Positions 29,026-39,530 of a DNA stretch of 64,000 nt are shown one piece after another. The notes beneath the pieces were generated by a model. It saw only the letters and a list, made by a program, of their open reading frames with translations, was not told the origin of the DNA and did no database searches. How positions within the stretch are numbered: the first letter of the stretch is position 1; each line of letters starts with the position of its first letter. The translations under genes and the position numbers were made by a program. This stretch comes from Bdellovibrionales bacterium. GTDB lineage: Bacteria; Bdellovibrionota; Bdellovibrionia; Bdellovibrionales; UBA1609. The stretch spans positions 384,001 through 448,000 of the forward strand of contig CBDHDF010000007.1 of NCBI GenBank assembly GCA_965261545.1, in the 5' to 3' direction.

Positions 29026-29970
29026 ATGAAAACCATTCTGACGCTCTTTTTAGTTACTTTTTTCTTAACAGCTCTGTGGACTGTCATACCTCAAGAAGGA
29101 TTTGCCCAAAGTAGCAAAAAAAGGGAAAAGAAATCTTGGAAGTCAGCTCAACTCAAAAATGAATCTCCTGTGTATGAAGCTCCCAACTTTGATGCTCCAG
29201 TGAAGGTATTTTTAAGCAAAGGAAAAAAAATTCGTTATTTACCAAAGCGATATAAGGGCCCCGGTGGATTTGGTTTCTTCTATAAAATCACACTACGTCG
29301 AGGTGAATATGGATATATTGTTGAAGATGACATTGATATCTCCAAAGCAAAAACTTCAAAAAAAAAATCCAATGATTCCAATAACTCCAATAAAAAGTCT
29401 TTTTCTTTCCTAGAGGGGAACCCTTTCTCAAAGCCCTCCTTTAGTGAGGAGGAAAACATGGACTTTGATTCCTCCATATATCTTTCGAGGTATATAGGTC
29501 TCACCTATAATTCAATAAACTACTCAGAGATTATCAATCATCAAAAAAGGTCTACCTTCTCCCAATTTTATGGTTTGAAGCTGTCGGGCCCAGAAGTTCT
29601 TATCGGTGCCCCCTTGGATCTCAACCTAATGACACTTTTCTCCCCCCCCCGTTCATATCGATATTTTACAACAAAGGCCACAGGGTTTACATTGATTGCA
29701 GATCTTATATTTATGCTCCCAATGGCTGAGTGGAACAACTTCATGATTTACTATGGAATAGGTCCTCTCCTCACTTACACTCGCTACAATTTAGTCCCCC
29801 ATGGAAATCAAAAAAAAGGGCGGTACGAAGAAATTCGCTTAGGAGCCTCTTTTCCACTTGGCTTGGCTTTTAGATTTAAGCATAAATTCCTTCTCAAGGC
29901 TGAGGTAAAGTACTATGCTGAAAGCCAAAAATACTTGGGCTTTCAACTGGGTTTGCAATACGCCTACTAA
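29026..29970 (+). CDS. Exported protein, SH3-like N-terminus and probable outer-membrane beta-barrel
   Basis: Signal peptide, VYEAPNFDAPV...FYKI.....GYI, amphipathic strands, terminal LGLQYAY. Confidence 0.65.
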   Translation: MKTILTLFLVTFFLTALWTVIPQEGFAQSSKKREKKSWKSAQLKNESPVYEAPNFDAPVKVFLSKGKKIRYLPKRYKGPGGFGFFYKITLRRGEYGYIVEDDIDISKAKTSKKKSNDSNNSNKKSFSFLEGNPFSKPSFSEEENMDFDSSIYLSRYIGLTYNSINYSEIINHQKRSTFSQFYGLKLSGPEVLIGAPLDLNLMTLFSPPRSYRYFTTKATGFTLIADLIFMLPMAEWNNFMIYYGIGPLLTYTRYNLVPHGNQKKGRYEEIRLGASFPLGLAFRFKHKFLLKAEVKYYAESQKYLGFQLGLQYAY

Positions 29971-30104
29971 TAAAGTACTACTAACTCAAGTGAATGAGGG
30001 GCACCCATCATGGAGGAGCAAGGCTGGCTTCTCCACCACACCCATAAATCTCTTCATGGGAAGAGTTCGAGTATAACACTAAGCGTAAAATAACTCGAGG
30101 GAAT

Positions 30105-32129
30105 ATGAACTCTGAAAACATGAACATTGAAGTCTTATCCCAAGAAGTTGTGAATCAGATTGCTGCTGGAGAGGTCATCGAACGCCCTTCTCACCTTGTG
30201 AAGGAACTGGTGGAAAACAGCCTCGATGCGGGAGCCACTGAAATTGAGATTGAATTTGCCTTCGGTGGCAAACAAGTGAGGGTTCACGACAATGGCAAGG
30301 GAATTTCAAAAAAAGACCTACCTTTAGCTCTCATCAGGCATGCGACAAGTAAGATTCGTTGTTTCCCAGATATATGGTCTTTGAATAGCTATGGCTTCCG
30401 TGGGGAGGCTTTAGCAAGTATTGCCGCTGTTTCCAAGGTGAAATTGTCCTCAAAAACTGATCTCCAGGAAACCGCTTATCAACTGGATTCACATTTCGGA
30501 AAATTTGAAGAGCCTGTGGCCATTGGTGGTGAGTTGGGAACAACCATTGGAATCAGTGACCTTTTTGCCAATATTCCCGCAAGGCTCAAATTTTTAAAGT
30601 CTGAAACCGCTGAGGGAACTCAAATCAAAAATGTTTTAAAAGCCATGGCCATGGCCTACCCCCATGTAAACTTCCGTGTGCGTCAAAATGGAAAGCTCCT
30701 TTTTTATTGGCCCACCTGTGAAGATAGAAAAACCCGGGTTCAGCAGGTTCTTGAGCAAGAGGACATGTATTTGGGACAGGGGTACTCGGGAGGAATTCAA
30801 GCTGAAGCCGTGGTGTCAAGCCCTAACAACACGGCGAAAACCCGAAGGCAAATGTGGATGTTTGCCCAAAATAGGTGGGTTCAAGATAGCAGTATACAGG
30901 CAGCCACCATGGATGCTTACCGAAGCCTTCTCATGCATGGAGAATATCCCATTGCCGCCGTTTGGGTGACTTGCAATCCCGATGAGGTGGATGTAAATAT
31001 TCACCCCACAAAGTCACAGGTGAAGTTCCGCCAGCCTTCGGATAGTTTTAAATCCGTTTTAAGAGCTGTGCGTGGTTGCCTTGAAAAAGCTCCCTGGCTC
31101 CATAAGAGCTTGGGTCAGAATTTGGGACTGAAAAAAGACTTCTCACAGAAAAATCTCTCACAAGAAGAGAAGACAGGCGAAGTCTCTCAACAAGTTTGGG
31201 GTTACGGTTTGAAGTCTTCCGATTTCAACAAAACCCAATTTCAGCAAAAAAGTTTTGATTGGGTGAAGCCTCCTCCAAGTGACAGCAGTGATCACAGTAA
31301 CAGTCGTGACAGCAGTGACAGTCGTGATAGTGATGTCCCTAGATCACCTGATATGCCAATGCTTATACCTATAGTGAAACCTCCTCCAAGTGACAGTGAT
31401 TCCTGTCACTATGGCGGAGAAGTAAGAGAATCTTTCCAAGAATATATTCCCACTCAAACTGAAACTAAAGCTCAAGCTCAAACTCAACCTAAGACTCAAA
31501 CTAAGGCTCAAGCTGAAACCAAGATTCAATCAGAATGCCAAAACCGCTGGTCACATTTACAGATATTAGGCCAAGCGGACCTCACCTATATTGTGACTCA
31601 ATCTGATGGATCCATTTTATTTGTGGACCAGCATGCAGCCCACGAACGGGTGGCCTATGAAAGACTGATGAAATCTTGGTCCATGGGAAACTTTGAAGTG
31701 CAACAATTCCTTCTACCAGAAACCATTTCACTCAGTGAAGACCTTGTCCAAACCATTATTGAAATCAAAGACGAGTTGCTAAATATGGGCTTGTCTGTGG
31801 AGGCAACAGGACCACAAGAAATTAGTGTGACCTCCAGTCCTAGCATCGTCAAACCGGGAGCTTTGCCCAAGGTTTTTGAACAACTGGCTTCAGAAAAGCT
31901 AGAAAAAGGTGGAAGCTTTGCCTTTGAAAAGTATGTGAGAGACATTTTTGCCACCATGGCTTGTCACTCGGTCATTCGAGCGGGGCAAGCCTTAAGTCAT
32001 GAAGAAATGGCAAGCTTATTGGTTCAAATGGATGAATTTCCTCTTTCGAGTTTTTGTCCCCATGGACGTCCCGTCTATGTGGAGTACCCCTTTTCTCAAC
32101 TGGAAAAAGACTTCGGTCGAGTGGTCTAG
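30105..32129 (+). CDS. mutL: DNA mismatch repair protein MutL
   Basis: NQIAAGEVIERP, GFRGEALASI, DVNIHPTK, DQHAAHER, CPHGRP. Confidence 0.98.
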   Translation: MNSENMNIEVLSQEVVNQIAAGEVIERPSHLVKELVENSLDAGATEIEIEFAFGGKQVRVHDNGKGISKKDLPLALIRHATSKIRCFPDIWSLNSYGFRGEALASIAAVSKVKLSSKTDLQETAYQLDSHFGKFEEPVAIGGELGTTIGISDLFANIPARLKFLKSETAEGTQIKNVLKAMAMAYPHVNFRVRQNGKLLFYWPTCEDRKTRVQQVLEQEDMYLGQGYSGGIQAEAVVSSPNNTAKTRRQMWMFAQNRWVQDSSIQAATMDAYRSLLMHGEYPIAAVWVTCNPDEVDVNIHPTKSQVKFRQPSDSFKSVLRAVRGCLEKAPWLHKSLGQNLGLKKDFSQKNLSQEEKTGEVSQQVWGYGLKSSDFNKTQFQQKSFDWVKPPPSDSSDHSNSRDSSDSRDSDVPRSPDMPMLIPIVKPPPSDSDSCHYGGEVRESFQEYIPTQTETKAQAQTQPKTQTKAQAETKIQSECQNRWSHLQILGQADLTYIVTQSDGSILFVDQHAAHERVAYERLMKSWSMGNFEVQQFLLPETISLSEDLVQTIIEIKDELLNMGLSVEATGPQEISVTSSPSIVKPGALPKVFEQLASEKLEKGGSFAFEKYVRDIFATMACHSVIRAGQALSHEEMASLLVQMDEFPLSSFCPHGRPVYVEYPFSQLEKDFGRVV

Positions 32130-32133
32130 TTTC

Positions 32134-33057
32134 ATGGCGTCTTCTTTCCCCTTTCTTTTCATCATGGGCCCCACAGGGGTGGGAAAATCAGAGTTGGCCC
32201 ACTTGGCGGCTCAAAGAGAAAAGGGAGAAATTGTCAACTGCGACAGTCTCCAGTGCTACCAGGGCTTGGATATTGGAACAGCAAAGCCCTCCTCCACAGA
32301 AAGAAAGCCCATTCCCCACCACCTTTTTGACATTGTTGAGCTTGGGGGACAGTTAACAGCCGGAGATTACAGAAGAAAGGTCTTGTCTCTCTGGAAAGAG
32401 CCTCCCCAAGCCCCTCTTTTCTTTGTGGGGGGAAGTGGATTTTATTTTCAAGCCCTAGAAAAGGGTATGTATGAAGTCCCCGAAATCCCCGAGAACATTC
32501 GCCGTGAACTCTCCTACCAAGATGATTTGCCATCCCTTTATGAAGAACTCAAAAGAAAGGACCCCCAGACGGCTCAGAAAATAAAAACCCATGATCGCTA
32601 CCGAATTTTGAGAGCCTTAGGTGTGATTCGAGCCAGCGGCAAGACTCTCACTGAAATTCGCTATGAGTTTGCACAAAAAAGAAAAACACAACTTGTGCCT
32701 GTGATGAAAATAGGTTTAACTATGGAGCGAAATTTTCTGCGCAAAAGAATTCTTCAAAGAACTCAACAAATGCTAAACCAAGGTCTTGTTGAAGAAACAG
32801 AGAGTTTAATGAAAAAAGGCTATAGTCACTGGCCTCCCTTAAACAGTGTGGGTTACAAAGAATGTCAGAACTTCTTAAAAGGGCAGGCTTCTCAAAACGA
32901 ACTCCTGGAGAGTATTGTGACAAAAACCATGCAGTTAGCAAAACGACAAATGACATGGTTTCGCAAAGACCTCAATGTAAGATGGTATAAGAGACAAGAG
33001 GTGGAAAACTGGAAGGAGCCTCTTCAGTGGATTCACAAAGCTCTTGAAGTGAATTGA
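32134..33057 (+). CDS. miaA: tRNA dimethylallyltransferase
   Basis: GPTGVGKS, DSLQCY.GLDIGTAKP, VGGSGFY, AKRQMTWF; start placed after the mutL stop. Confidence 0.97.
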   Translation: MASSFPFLFIMGPTGVGKSELAHLAAQREKGEIVNCDSLQCYQGLDIGTAKPSSTERKPIPHHLFDIVELGGQLTAGDYRRKVLSLWKEPPQAPLFFVGGSGFYFQALEKGMYEVPEIPENIRRELSYQDDLPSLYEELKRKDPQTAQKIKTHDRYRILRALGVIRASGKTLTEIRYEFAQKRKTQLVPVMKIGLTMERNFLRKRILQRTQQMLNQGLVEETESLMKKGYSHWPPLNSVGYKECQNFLKGQASQNELLESIVTKTMQLAKRQMTWFRKDLNVRWYKRQEVENWKEPLQWIHKALEVN

Positions 33058-33080
33058 CCGCCACCTCTTATCTCCATATA

Positions 33081-33147
33081 TCTGTAGTGTCTAAATGCTC
33101 TGTAGTGTCTGAATGCTCTGTAGTATCTGAATGCTCTATAGTGTCTG
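33081..33147. repeat. 18-bp intergenic tandem repeat, about 3.7 copies
   Basis: TCTGTAGTGTCT(A/G)AATGC units. Confidence 0.9.
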
Positions 33148-33192
33148 TAGAATACCTTTGGAAACTCTTTGGAGGAAAAGCCGGTGAAAGTC

Positions 33193-34095
33193 ATGAGAAA
33201 TATAACAAGTATGACGGGGTATGGAGCATGGCATTTTTCCACGGAGCACTTGGAATCCCATGTAAGAGTGCGCACAGTGAATGGACGCTTCTTAGAGATT
33301 CGCTTCCACCTGCCCAAGGAGTACTTGGCCTTTGAGTCAGAGCTTAGAAAAATGACCACCTCATATATTCAAAGGGGGAGTGTAGATATCCACATTCAAC
33401 GCAAAAAAATCAACCCATCGAACTCTCTATGTTTTGTCGCTTCTCCTCAGTTAGCCAAGAGTTGGCTCAAAGCCTGCCAGTATTTATCAGAAGAGTTAGG
33501 CATAGAAGTCGGTGAAATCACGGTGAAAGATATGGTGGGAATTGTCGATGTCATCCACTACGATGGATCATTAACCTCTGCAGTGGACTCCGAAGAAAAA
33601 AAACTTCTTTTTCTTGCCACTCAAAGGGCCTTGGAAAACTGCCAGAAAGAAAGAGAGCGAGAAGGTCAGGCTTTAAAAACAGAACTCCTAGAGCAACAAA
33701 AACATTTAAGCCATTTGATCAAATCCATGGATGACTTGCACGAAGAAGCCAATAGGGGGCTCAAAAAAAAATTTGATGAGAAGTTTAGTCAGTTAACAGC
33801 CTTTTATGAAAAGGGCTTGGACCCCCAGAGGTTGGCCCAGGAAGTGGCTCTTCATATTGAAAAAACGGATATTAATGAAGAACTATGGCGATTGAGGGAA
33901 CACATTAAGAATTTTAGAGAAATACTTAATAACTCTGGTGTTTTTGGAAAGAAACTCGATTTTTATGCCCAGGAATTGCTGCGAGAGACCAACACCATTG
34001 GGTCTAAGTCTCAATTGACACAGTTGACTCATCTGGTTGTAGACGCTAAGACTGTCATAGAGAAAATGAGGGAACAAGTGCAAAATATAGAATAG
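33193..34095 (+). CDS. yicC: YicC/YloC family endoribonuclease
   Basis: SMTGYG, VN.RFLE, DINEEL.RL..H, GKKLDFYAQELLRETNTIGSK, REQVQNIE. Confidence 0.95.
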   Translation: MRNITSMTGYGAWHFSTEHLESHVRVRTVNGRFLEIRFHLPKEYLAFESELRKMTTSYIQRGSVDIHIQRKKINPSNSLCFVASPQLAKSWLKACQYLSEELGIEVGEITVKDMVGIVDVIHYDGSLTSAVDSEEKKLLFLATQRALENCQKEREREGQALKTELLEQQKHLSHLIKSMDDLHEEANRGLKKKFDEKFSQLTAFYEKGLDPQRLAQEVALHIEKTDINEELWRLREHIKNFREILNNSGVFGKKLDFYAQELLRETNTIGSKSQLTQLTHLVVDAKTVIEKMREQVQNIE

Positions 34096-34191
34096 AGTCG
34101 CCAATGAAGAGTGAGCCCTAGAATGAAGGTGAATTGTCAATGGGGCACCATGAATCATCAAATCATCCATGAACTGTGACATGAGTTGTCA

Positions 34192-34767
34192 ATGAATCGT
34201 CGTAGGAAAATATTTATTGTGGTTGGTCCTAGTGGAGTGGGTAAATCCACTCTCGTCGAGCAAGTCGTTAAAGAGCTGGACCAGCTCTACGATGTGGTGA
34301 CTTGCACCACTCGCCCCATGAGAGCTGGAGAGCAAGAGGGCTCTCCCTATTTTTTTGTCACCCAAGAAGAATTTGAGGCGAAAAAAAGTAAAGGGTACTT
34401 TGTGGAGTTTGCCAAGGTGCATAATCATTGGTACGGAACCCCCAGGCCAGAGATCGAGAAAGCTTGGGAAAAGGGTTTGGCTGTGATTATGGATGTGGAC
34501 ATTCAGGGGGCCGATTCACTTAAAAAAAAGTATCCCCAAGCTGTGACATTGTTTATTCGTCCTCCCTCCATAGAATTGCTAAGCCAGAGAGTGAGGGAGA
34601 GAGATGGTCTAAGCCTCAAGGAGGATGACCTCCAGATACGGATGAAAAATGCCATTCAAGAACTCGATCGAGCCTCAGATTTTGACTACCAATTTGTCAA
34701 TGAGAACTTTGAGATTTCCTATGCTAGATTTAAAAAAATCATTGAAGATCATTTGGTTTTTGACTAA
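34192..34767 (+). CDS. gmk: Guanylate kinase
   Basis: GPSGVGKST, TTRPMRAGE..G..YFF, YGT, DVDIQGA. Confidence 0.97.
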   Translation: MNRRRKIFIVVGPSGVGKSTLVEQVVKELDQLYDVVTCTTRPMRAGEQEGSPYFFVTQEEFEAKKSKGYFVEFAKVHNHWYGTPRPEIEKAWEKGLAVIMDVDIQGADSLKKKYPQAVTLFIRPPSIELLSQRVRERDGLSLKEDDLQIRMKNAIQELDRASDFDYQFVNENFEISYARFKKIIEDHLVFD

Positions 34768-34925
34768 AGTATTGTGTCTACCTCGCTTAAAACTCGACTT
34801 AGACTTTTTAAAGACTTTTTAAAAAGATTTTTTACTTTTTTAAAAGATGTTTTAAAATATTTTTTTAAGATTTTTTTAAGATTTTACTTAATGAAAAATT
34901 CTACCCAGAAACAACGGGAGGCCCT

Positions 34926-35168
34926 GTGGCTCGTATTACAGTTGAAGATTGTCTAGATAAGGTCAACAACCGCTTTGCACTTGTTTTGCTTGTTTCAAAG
35001 CGAGTGAAACAGCTTATTAAGGGATCCCCTTCCACCATGAATATAAAAGACAACAAACATGTTGTCAGTTCCCTGCGTGAAGTGGCCACAGGTTCTGTTT
35101 ACTACGATATTGAAGAGGATTCGCAGGGGTCCGCCGACAAACAAATTCAAAATGACTTAAATTTCTAA
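34926..35168 (+). CDS. rpoZ: RNA polymerase omega subunit
   Basis: [16 protein letters not shown]; position between gmk and spoT. Confidence 0.96.
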   Translation: MARITVEDCLDKVNNRFALVLLVSKRVKQLIKGSPSTMNIKDNKHVVSSLREVATGSVYYDIEEDSQGSADKQIQNDLNF

Positions 35169-35221
35169 GGGAAGACTCTTGGGGGGGAGACTTGTATGAA
35201 AAATAAGCCCAAGGGAGTTCA

Positions 35222-37453
35222 ATGAGCCTCATATCGAAGGTAAGGTTGGGAGAGCACACCGCCAGCTCCATTGAGCAGCTCATTGAAGATATGGCAAACG
35301 ATTACAGTAAAAGTGAAAAAGACATTGTGCGACAAGCCTATGCCTTTTCGGAAAAAGCTCATGAAGGACAAATCCGCCGAAGCGGTGAGCCCTATATCCA
35401 GCATCCCCTAGGGGTCTCATCGATACTCGTGGACTTAAGACTAGACACCGCAACAGTGGTGACAGGTCTTCTCCATGACACCATTGAAGACACTGAAGTC
35501 ACTCTTGAGCAAGTCACTAAGCAATTTGGAGAAGTTGTTAGCTCCCTTGTGGATGGTGTCACAAAAATCTCCCAAATGCGCTTTCGAAACACCCATGAAA
35601 AACAGGGAGAAAATATTCGCAAAATGATTGTGGCTATGGGCAAGGACGTGCGAGTGGTCCTCGTTAAACTTGCAGATCGCCTGCACAATATGCGCACACT
35701 GAATCATATGCCCTACAAAAAACAAAGCACCATTGCCAAGGAAACCTTGGATATCTACGCCCCTCTTGCCAGTCGCCTGGGCATCAGTTCCCTTAAAATC
35801 GAGTTGGAAGATTTGGGCTTTCGCTATTCTATGCCAAGCCACTACTACGAACTGGCCCAAAAAATTGATAAAAAGCGCAGGGATCGAGAAAAATATATCG
35901 ACGAAGTCCGAAAGATTCTCTCCAATGAAATTGGCATGCGTACAAAATTTAGATTTGAAGCCCAGGGCAGGCCCAAGCACCTCTACTCTATTTTTAAGAA
36001 AATGCAAATACGCCATGTGGACTACGACCAGGTTTACGACATTCTCGCCTTTCGCATTTGCACGGAAAGTATTCCAGGCTGTTACGAGATTCTGGGAATT
36101 GTACACTCTCTTTGGAAACCCATTCCAGGTCGATTTAAGGATTTTATTGCCATGCCCAAGGCCAATAACTACCAAAGTCTTCACACCACGGTGATAGGGC
36201 CAGGAGGTGAGCGCATTGAAGTTCAAATTCGCACCTACGAAATGCACCGAGTGGCTGAGTGGGGAATTGCAGCCCATTGGAATTATAAAGAAGAGACCCT
36301 CGGAAGCTCTACTGGCAAAGAGGCCATTGATAAATTTAATTGGCTTCGCGAATTGGTCAGCCTGCACCAGCAAACCAATAACTCGGATGAGTTCTTAGAG
36401 GATATTAAAACCGATCTCATGGAGTCAGAAGTTTATGTATTCACTCCCAAGGGAGAAGTCAAAGAATTCCCCGACGGAGCGACTCCCATTGATTTTGCCT
36501 ACTCCATTCATACGGATATTGGCCACACGGTGATGGCAGCAAGAGTCAACGGTAAAATTATTTCCCTTCGCTATCAACTCAAAAACGGTGACACTGTAGA
36601 CATTATCACATCTAAGAACCAATCTCCCTCCAAAGATTGGTTGAAGTACTGTGTCACCTCTAAGGCCAAAAGTAAGATCCGAGCCCATGTCAAAGTAGAG
36701 CAACGGGAACGAGCCCACAAACTTGGTATGGAGTTATTGGAAAAATCCTTTAGAAACCACGGCCTCAACGCTCAAAAGCAGTTAAGGGGGCCTCGCTATG
36801 AAAAATTTCTCAAAGATATCGGTTGCTACCAAGTGGATGATCTCTATGTGCGCGTGGGGTACGGGAAAACGGCTCCAAGGCAAGTTGTGGAAGCCATCCT
36901 CCCCGATCAAAAGGATGACGATAAAACATTGGAAGAAAGCAGTTCATTTATGGAAAGAGCCTTTAAAGTGGCCGCAAACCGCAAAAGGAAAAGCTCTTCC
37001 CTCATTCGCGTGGGAGGCATGGATGAAATACTCGTGCATTATGCCAAATGTTGCAATCCCATACCTGGTGACCCCATCATTGGTTTTATCACCCTTGGTC
37101 GCGGAGTGACCATCCATGGGCTGAACTGCCCAGGGGCCTACGAACTTGATCAAGCACGGCGAATAGATGTGGAGTGGAGCCATGGAAAATCCTCCGAAAC
37201 TGTTGGAAGAATGGTGAGAGTTCGCTTAGTCAGTCATGATATTCCTGGACTTTTAAAGAACATGACAGATACTTTTGTCTCCTGTGGTGTAAATATTCAC
37301 AATGCTCAAATTCGTACAACAAGAGATAAAAAAGCCATTTGCCTCTTTGATGTGGATATTCGCGACACCTCCCACCTCGAAGATGTCATGCAGGCCCTCC
37401 AAAAAATCAAGGGAGTCATTAGCGTCTCAAGATCCAACTCTCGAAGTCATTAG
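35222..37453 (+). CDS. spoT: Bifunctional (p)ppGpp synthetase/hydrolase
   Basis: H.GQ.R.SGEPY..HP, LHD, VKLADRLHNMRT, YQSLHTT, TGS and ACT domains. Confidence 0.96.
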   Translation: MSLISKVRLGEHTASSIEQLIEDMANDYSKSEKDIVRQAYAFSEKAHEGQIRRSGEPYIQHPLGVSSILVDLRLDTATVVTGLLHDTIEDTEVTLEQVTKQFGEVVSSLVDGVTKISQMRFRNTHEKQGENIRKMIVAMGKDVRVVLVKLADRLHNMRTLNHMPYKKQSTIAKETLDIYAPLASRLGISSLKIELEDLGFRYSMPSHYYELAQKIDKKRRDREKYIDEVRKILSNEIGMRTKFRFEAQGRPKHLYSIFKKMQIRHVDYDQVYDILAFRICTESIPGCYEILGIVHSLWKPIPGRFKDFIAMPKANNYQSLHTTVIGPGGERIEVQIRTYEMHRVAEWGIAAHWNYKEETLGSSTGKEAIDKFNWLRELVSLHQQTNNSDEFLEDIKTDLMESEVYVFTPKGEVKEFPDGATPIDFAYSIHTDIGHTVMAARVNGKIISLRYQLKNGDTVDIITSKNQSPSKDWLKYCVTSKAKSKIRAHVKVEQRERAHKLGMELLEKSFRNHGLNAQKQLRGPRYEKFLKDIGCYQVDDLYVRVGYGKTAPRQVVEAILPDQKDDDKTLEESSSFMERAFKVAANRKRKSSSLIRVGGMDEILVHYAKCCNPIPGDPIIGFITLGRGVTIHGLNCPGAYELDQARRIDVEWSHGKSSETVGRMVRVRLVSHDIPGLLKNMTDTFVSCGVNIHNAQIRTTRDKKAICLFDVDIRDTSHLEDVMQALQKIKGVISVSRSNSRSH

Positions 37454-39213
37454 TCACCCTCAAGAGTTTCAAGGCCACCATCATTAATGGTCCAACCTCG
37501 CTCTCTCAGGGCGGTTCGCGCCTCCGTGGCACTGCTGTTGTATTTTGAATTACCCCCGTGCAATGGAACATCATCCTGTTGTGAGGTGAGATGAATTCGA
37601 TTGAGCAGGCCGCTATACAACTTTGTGGAAAGAGTCACATCCCTGAATATATCTCTCATAGCAGTGACATGACGGAAGTCCCATTGAGTCATCTCGGGTT
37701 GAGCCGCTTGCGCTTGAATAAACATAAAGTTCATGTTTCTGACGCCGGATGTATCCCAACGGCTGACATCGGGATTGGCGACCACTGTATAGGCAAATAC
37801 ACTATTCATGTTTGTAACGTTGGATGTATCCCAACGACTGACATCGGGATTGGCAACCGCTGCTTCGAAAAACATATTATTCATGTTTGTAACGTTGGAT
37901 GTATCCCAACGACTGACATCGGGGTTGGCGCCCAATGCTTCTGCAAACATACTACTCATGTTTGTAACACTGGATGTATCCCAGCGACTAAGATCGGGAT
38001 TGATGGCCTCTGTTTCTGAAAACATATAACTCATGTTTGTGACACTGGATGTATCCCAATCACTGATATCGAGATTGATGATCTCCGAGACTACAAACAT
38101 GTTGTTCATGTCTGTGACATTAGAAACATTTCCCCCACTCAGTTCTTTGAGGTTAATACAATCAATAAAGGCTTTCTCTAAACTTTTCCATCCCACATCC
38201 CCCAAATCTTTTACAGATATGAATTGAGACGCATGCGTAGTGGCATAGTCGTCGAAATTCCACGCTTCAAGAGTTCCTGAAATGGTGACAGTGTAATCTC
38301 CAGCTTCGACGTAGGTATGAGTGATATCACTGTCATCGTGGGCGGTGACTTCACTGGAGGAACCATCCCCCCAATCCACCTGAAAATTATAATTATACCC
38401 TGGAGGCAAAGGAAGGGCAATCGCTTCGTTGTTGCTAGAAATTCTCCAGACCGAGATAAAGAAAGAAAAACCCCCATCATTAATAGTCCAACCCCGCTCC
38501 TTTAAATTTTGTCGGACACTTTCAGCCCGACTGTCATACTTAAAACCACCCACATTTAAGGTGAAATTTTCCTGGGTGGAGGTTTCAAAGAGTCGATGGA
38601 GTAGGGTATTATAAACCCTTGTGGGAAGAGTGACTTCACTAAACGCTTCATCCATCTCTGTGACAAGGGCGAAGTTCCATCCACTGAAATCAATATTTTT
38701 GATGGAAGTCGCCCCTTTAAACATACGATTCATCTTTGTCATACGAGACACATTGCCCCCAAGAACTTCACGGAGATTACGACAGCCCTCAAAGGCTCCC
38801 TCTAAATTCTTCCATCCCACACTTCCTAAGTCTGTCACAGAAATAAGTTTGTCTTTGCTTCCACCGTTGTTAAAAGACCAAGCTTCAAGCACCCCTGAGA
38901 TAGTGAGGGTGTACTCTCCAGCCTTTGCATAGGTATGGGTGATATCACTATCATCATGGACTGTGATTTCATTGGAGGAACCATCACCCCAATCCACTTG
39001 GAAATTATATTTATATCCTGAACGCAAGGGAAGAGTAATGGACTCGTTGTCGTTGTCAAGGCGATACACAGAGATAAAGGGGGAGGGAGGTGTTTCTTCG
39101 GAAGAGCCACCTTGCCTCTTGCCATCATCCCTACATCCCAAGAAACTCATTATGGCAAAGCAAACGATGAATAGAAATAGAGTCCATTTTTTAAAAATTT
39201 GTAACTGAGCCAA
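37450..39213 (-). CDS. DUF285/BspA-like repeat surface lipoprotein, two modules
   Basis: Lipobox FLGC, two VDWGDG PKD-like domains, 25-aa WDTSxVTNMxxMF repeats, GWTINDGG caps; AAGGAG before TTG. Confidence 0.88.
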   Translation of the reverse strand: MAQLQIFKKWTLFLFIVCFAIMSFLGCRDDGKRQGGSSEETPPSPFISVYRLDNDNESITLPLRSGYKYNFQVDWGDGSSNEITVHDDSDITHTYAKAGEYTLTISGVLEAWSFNNGGSKDKLISVTDLGSVGWKNLEGAFEGCRNLREVLGGNVSRMTKMNRMFKGATSIKNIDFSGWNFALVTEMDEAFSEVTLPTRVYNTLLHRLFETSTQENFTLNVGGFKYDSRAESVRQNLKERGWTINDGGFSFFISVWRISSNNEAIALPLPPGYNYNFQVDWGDGSSSEVTAHDDSDITHTYVEAGDYTVTISGTLEAWNFDDYATTHASQFISVKDLGDVGWKSLEKAFIDCINLKELSGGNVSNVTDMNNMFVVSEIINLDISDWDTSSVTNMSYMFSETEAINPDLSRWDTSSVTNMSSMFAEALGANPDVSRWDTSNVTNMNNMFFEAAVANPDVSRWDTSNVTNMNSVFAYTVVANPDVSRWDTSGVRNMNFMFIQAQAAQPEMTQWDFRHVTAMRDIFRDVTLSTKLYSGLLNRIHLTSQQDDVPLHGGNSKYNSSATEARTALRERGWTINDGGLETLEGD

Positions 39214-39319
39214 AACTTACTCCTTAGTACATCAATAACATTAGTACATCAATAACAATAGAACAGAAAGGTTAAAAGAGGAATTAAATATTCTTGTTGA
39301 TCTATATCTTGTGATCTTA

Positions 39320-39397
39320 AAGGTGGAAAAATGGACTTTTGTTTCGCTGAGAACTCTCCTAGAGCCAGTTGACCTGTAGTTAATTCATAAAATTTTA
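39320..39397 (-). pseudogene. IS1634 transposase C-terminal scar
   Basis: LKFYELTTGQLALGEFSAKQKSIF versus LKFYELATGDLMLGELSKKQKDIF in 13073..14629. Confidence 0.75.
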
Positions 39398-39530
39398 ATG
39401 TATTCGGTCTCAACTTCCATCCACAATCACACTCACAGGCATAGGACAAAAACACAACCTATGGGCAGTTACACATGAAAATTTATAATAGTTATAATAG
39501 TTCCTATATCACTACAATTTGGAGATAATT

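Noticed and set aside
31999..32133. N-terminal extension of MiaA overlapping mutL
   Set aside because: Homology starts at the ATG at 32134, just after the mutL stop
33081..33147. CRISPR array or the small ORFs spanning it
   Set aside because: Spacerless 18-bp tandem repeat; the ORFs are by-products
35441..36373. 310-aa antisense ORF within spoT
   Set aside because: Codon-aligned antisense shadow of a conserved gene with no motifs; such frames are often stop-poor, unlike the same-strand case at 15869-17401
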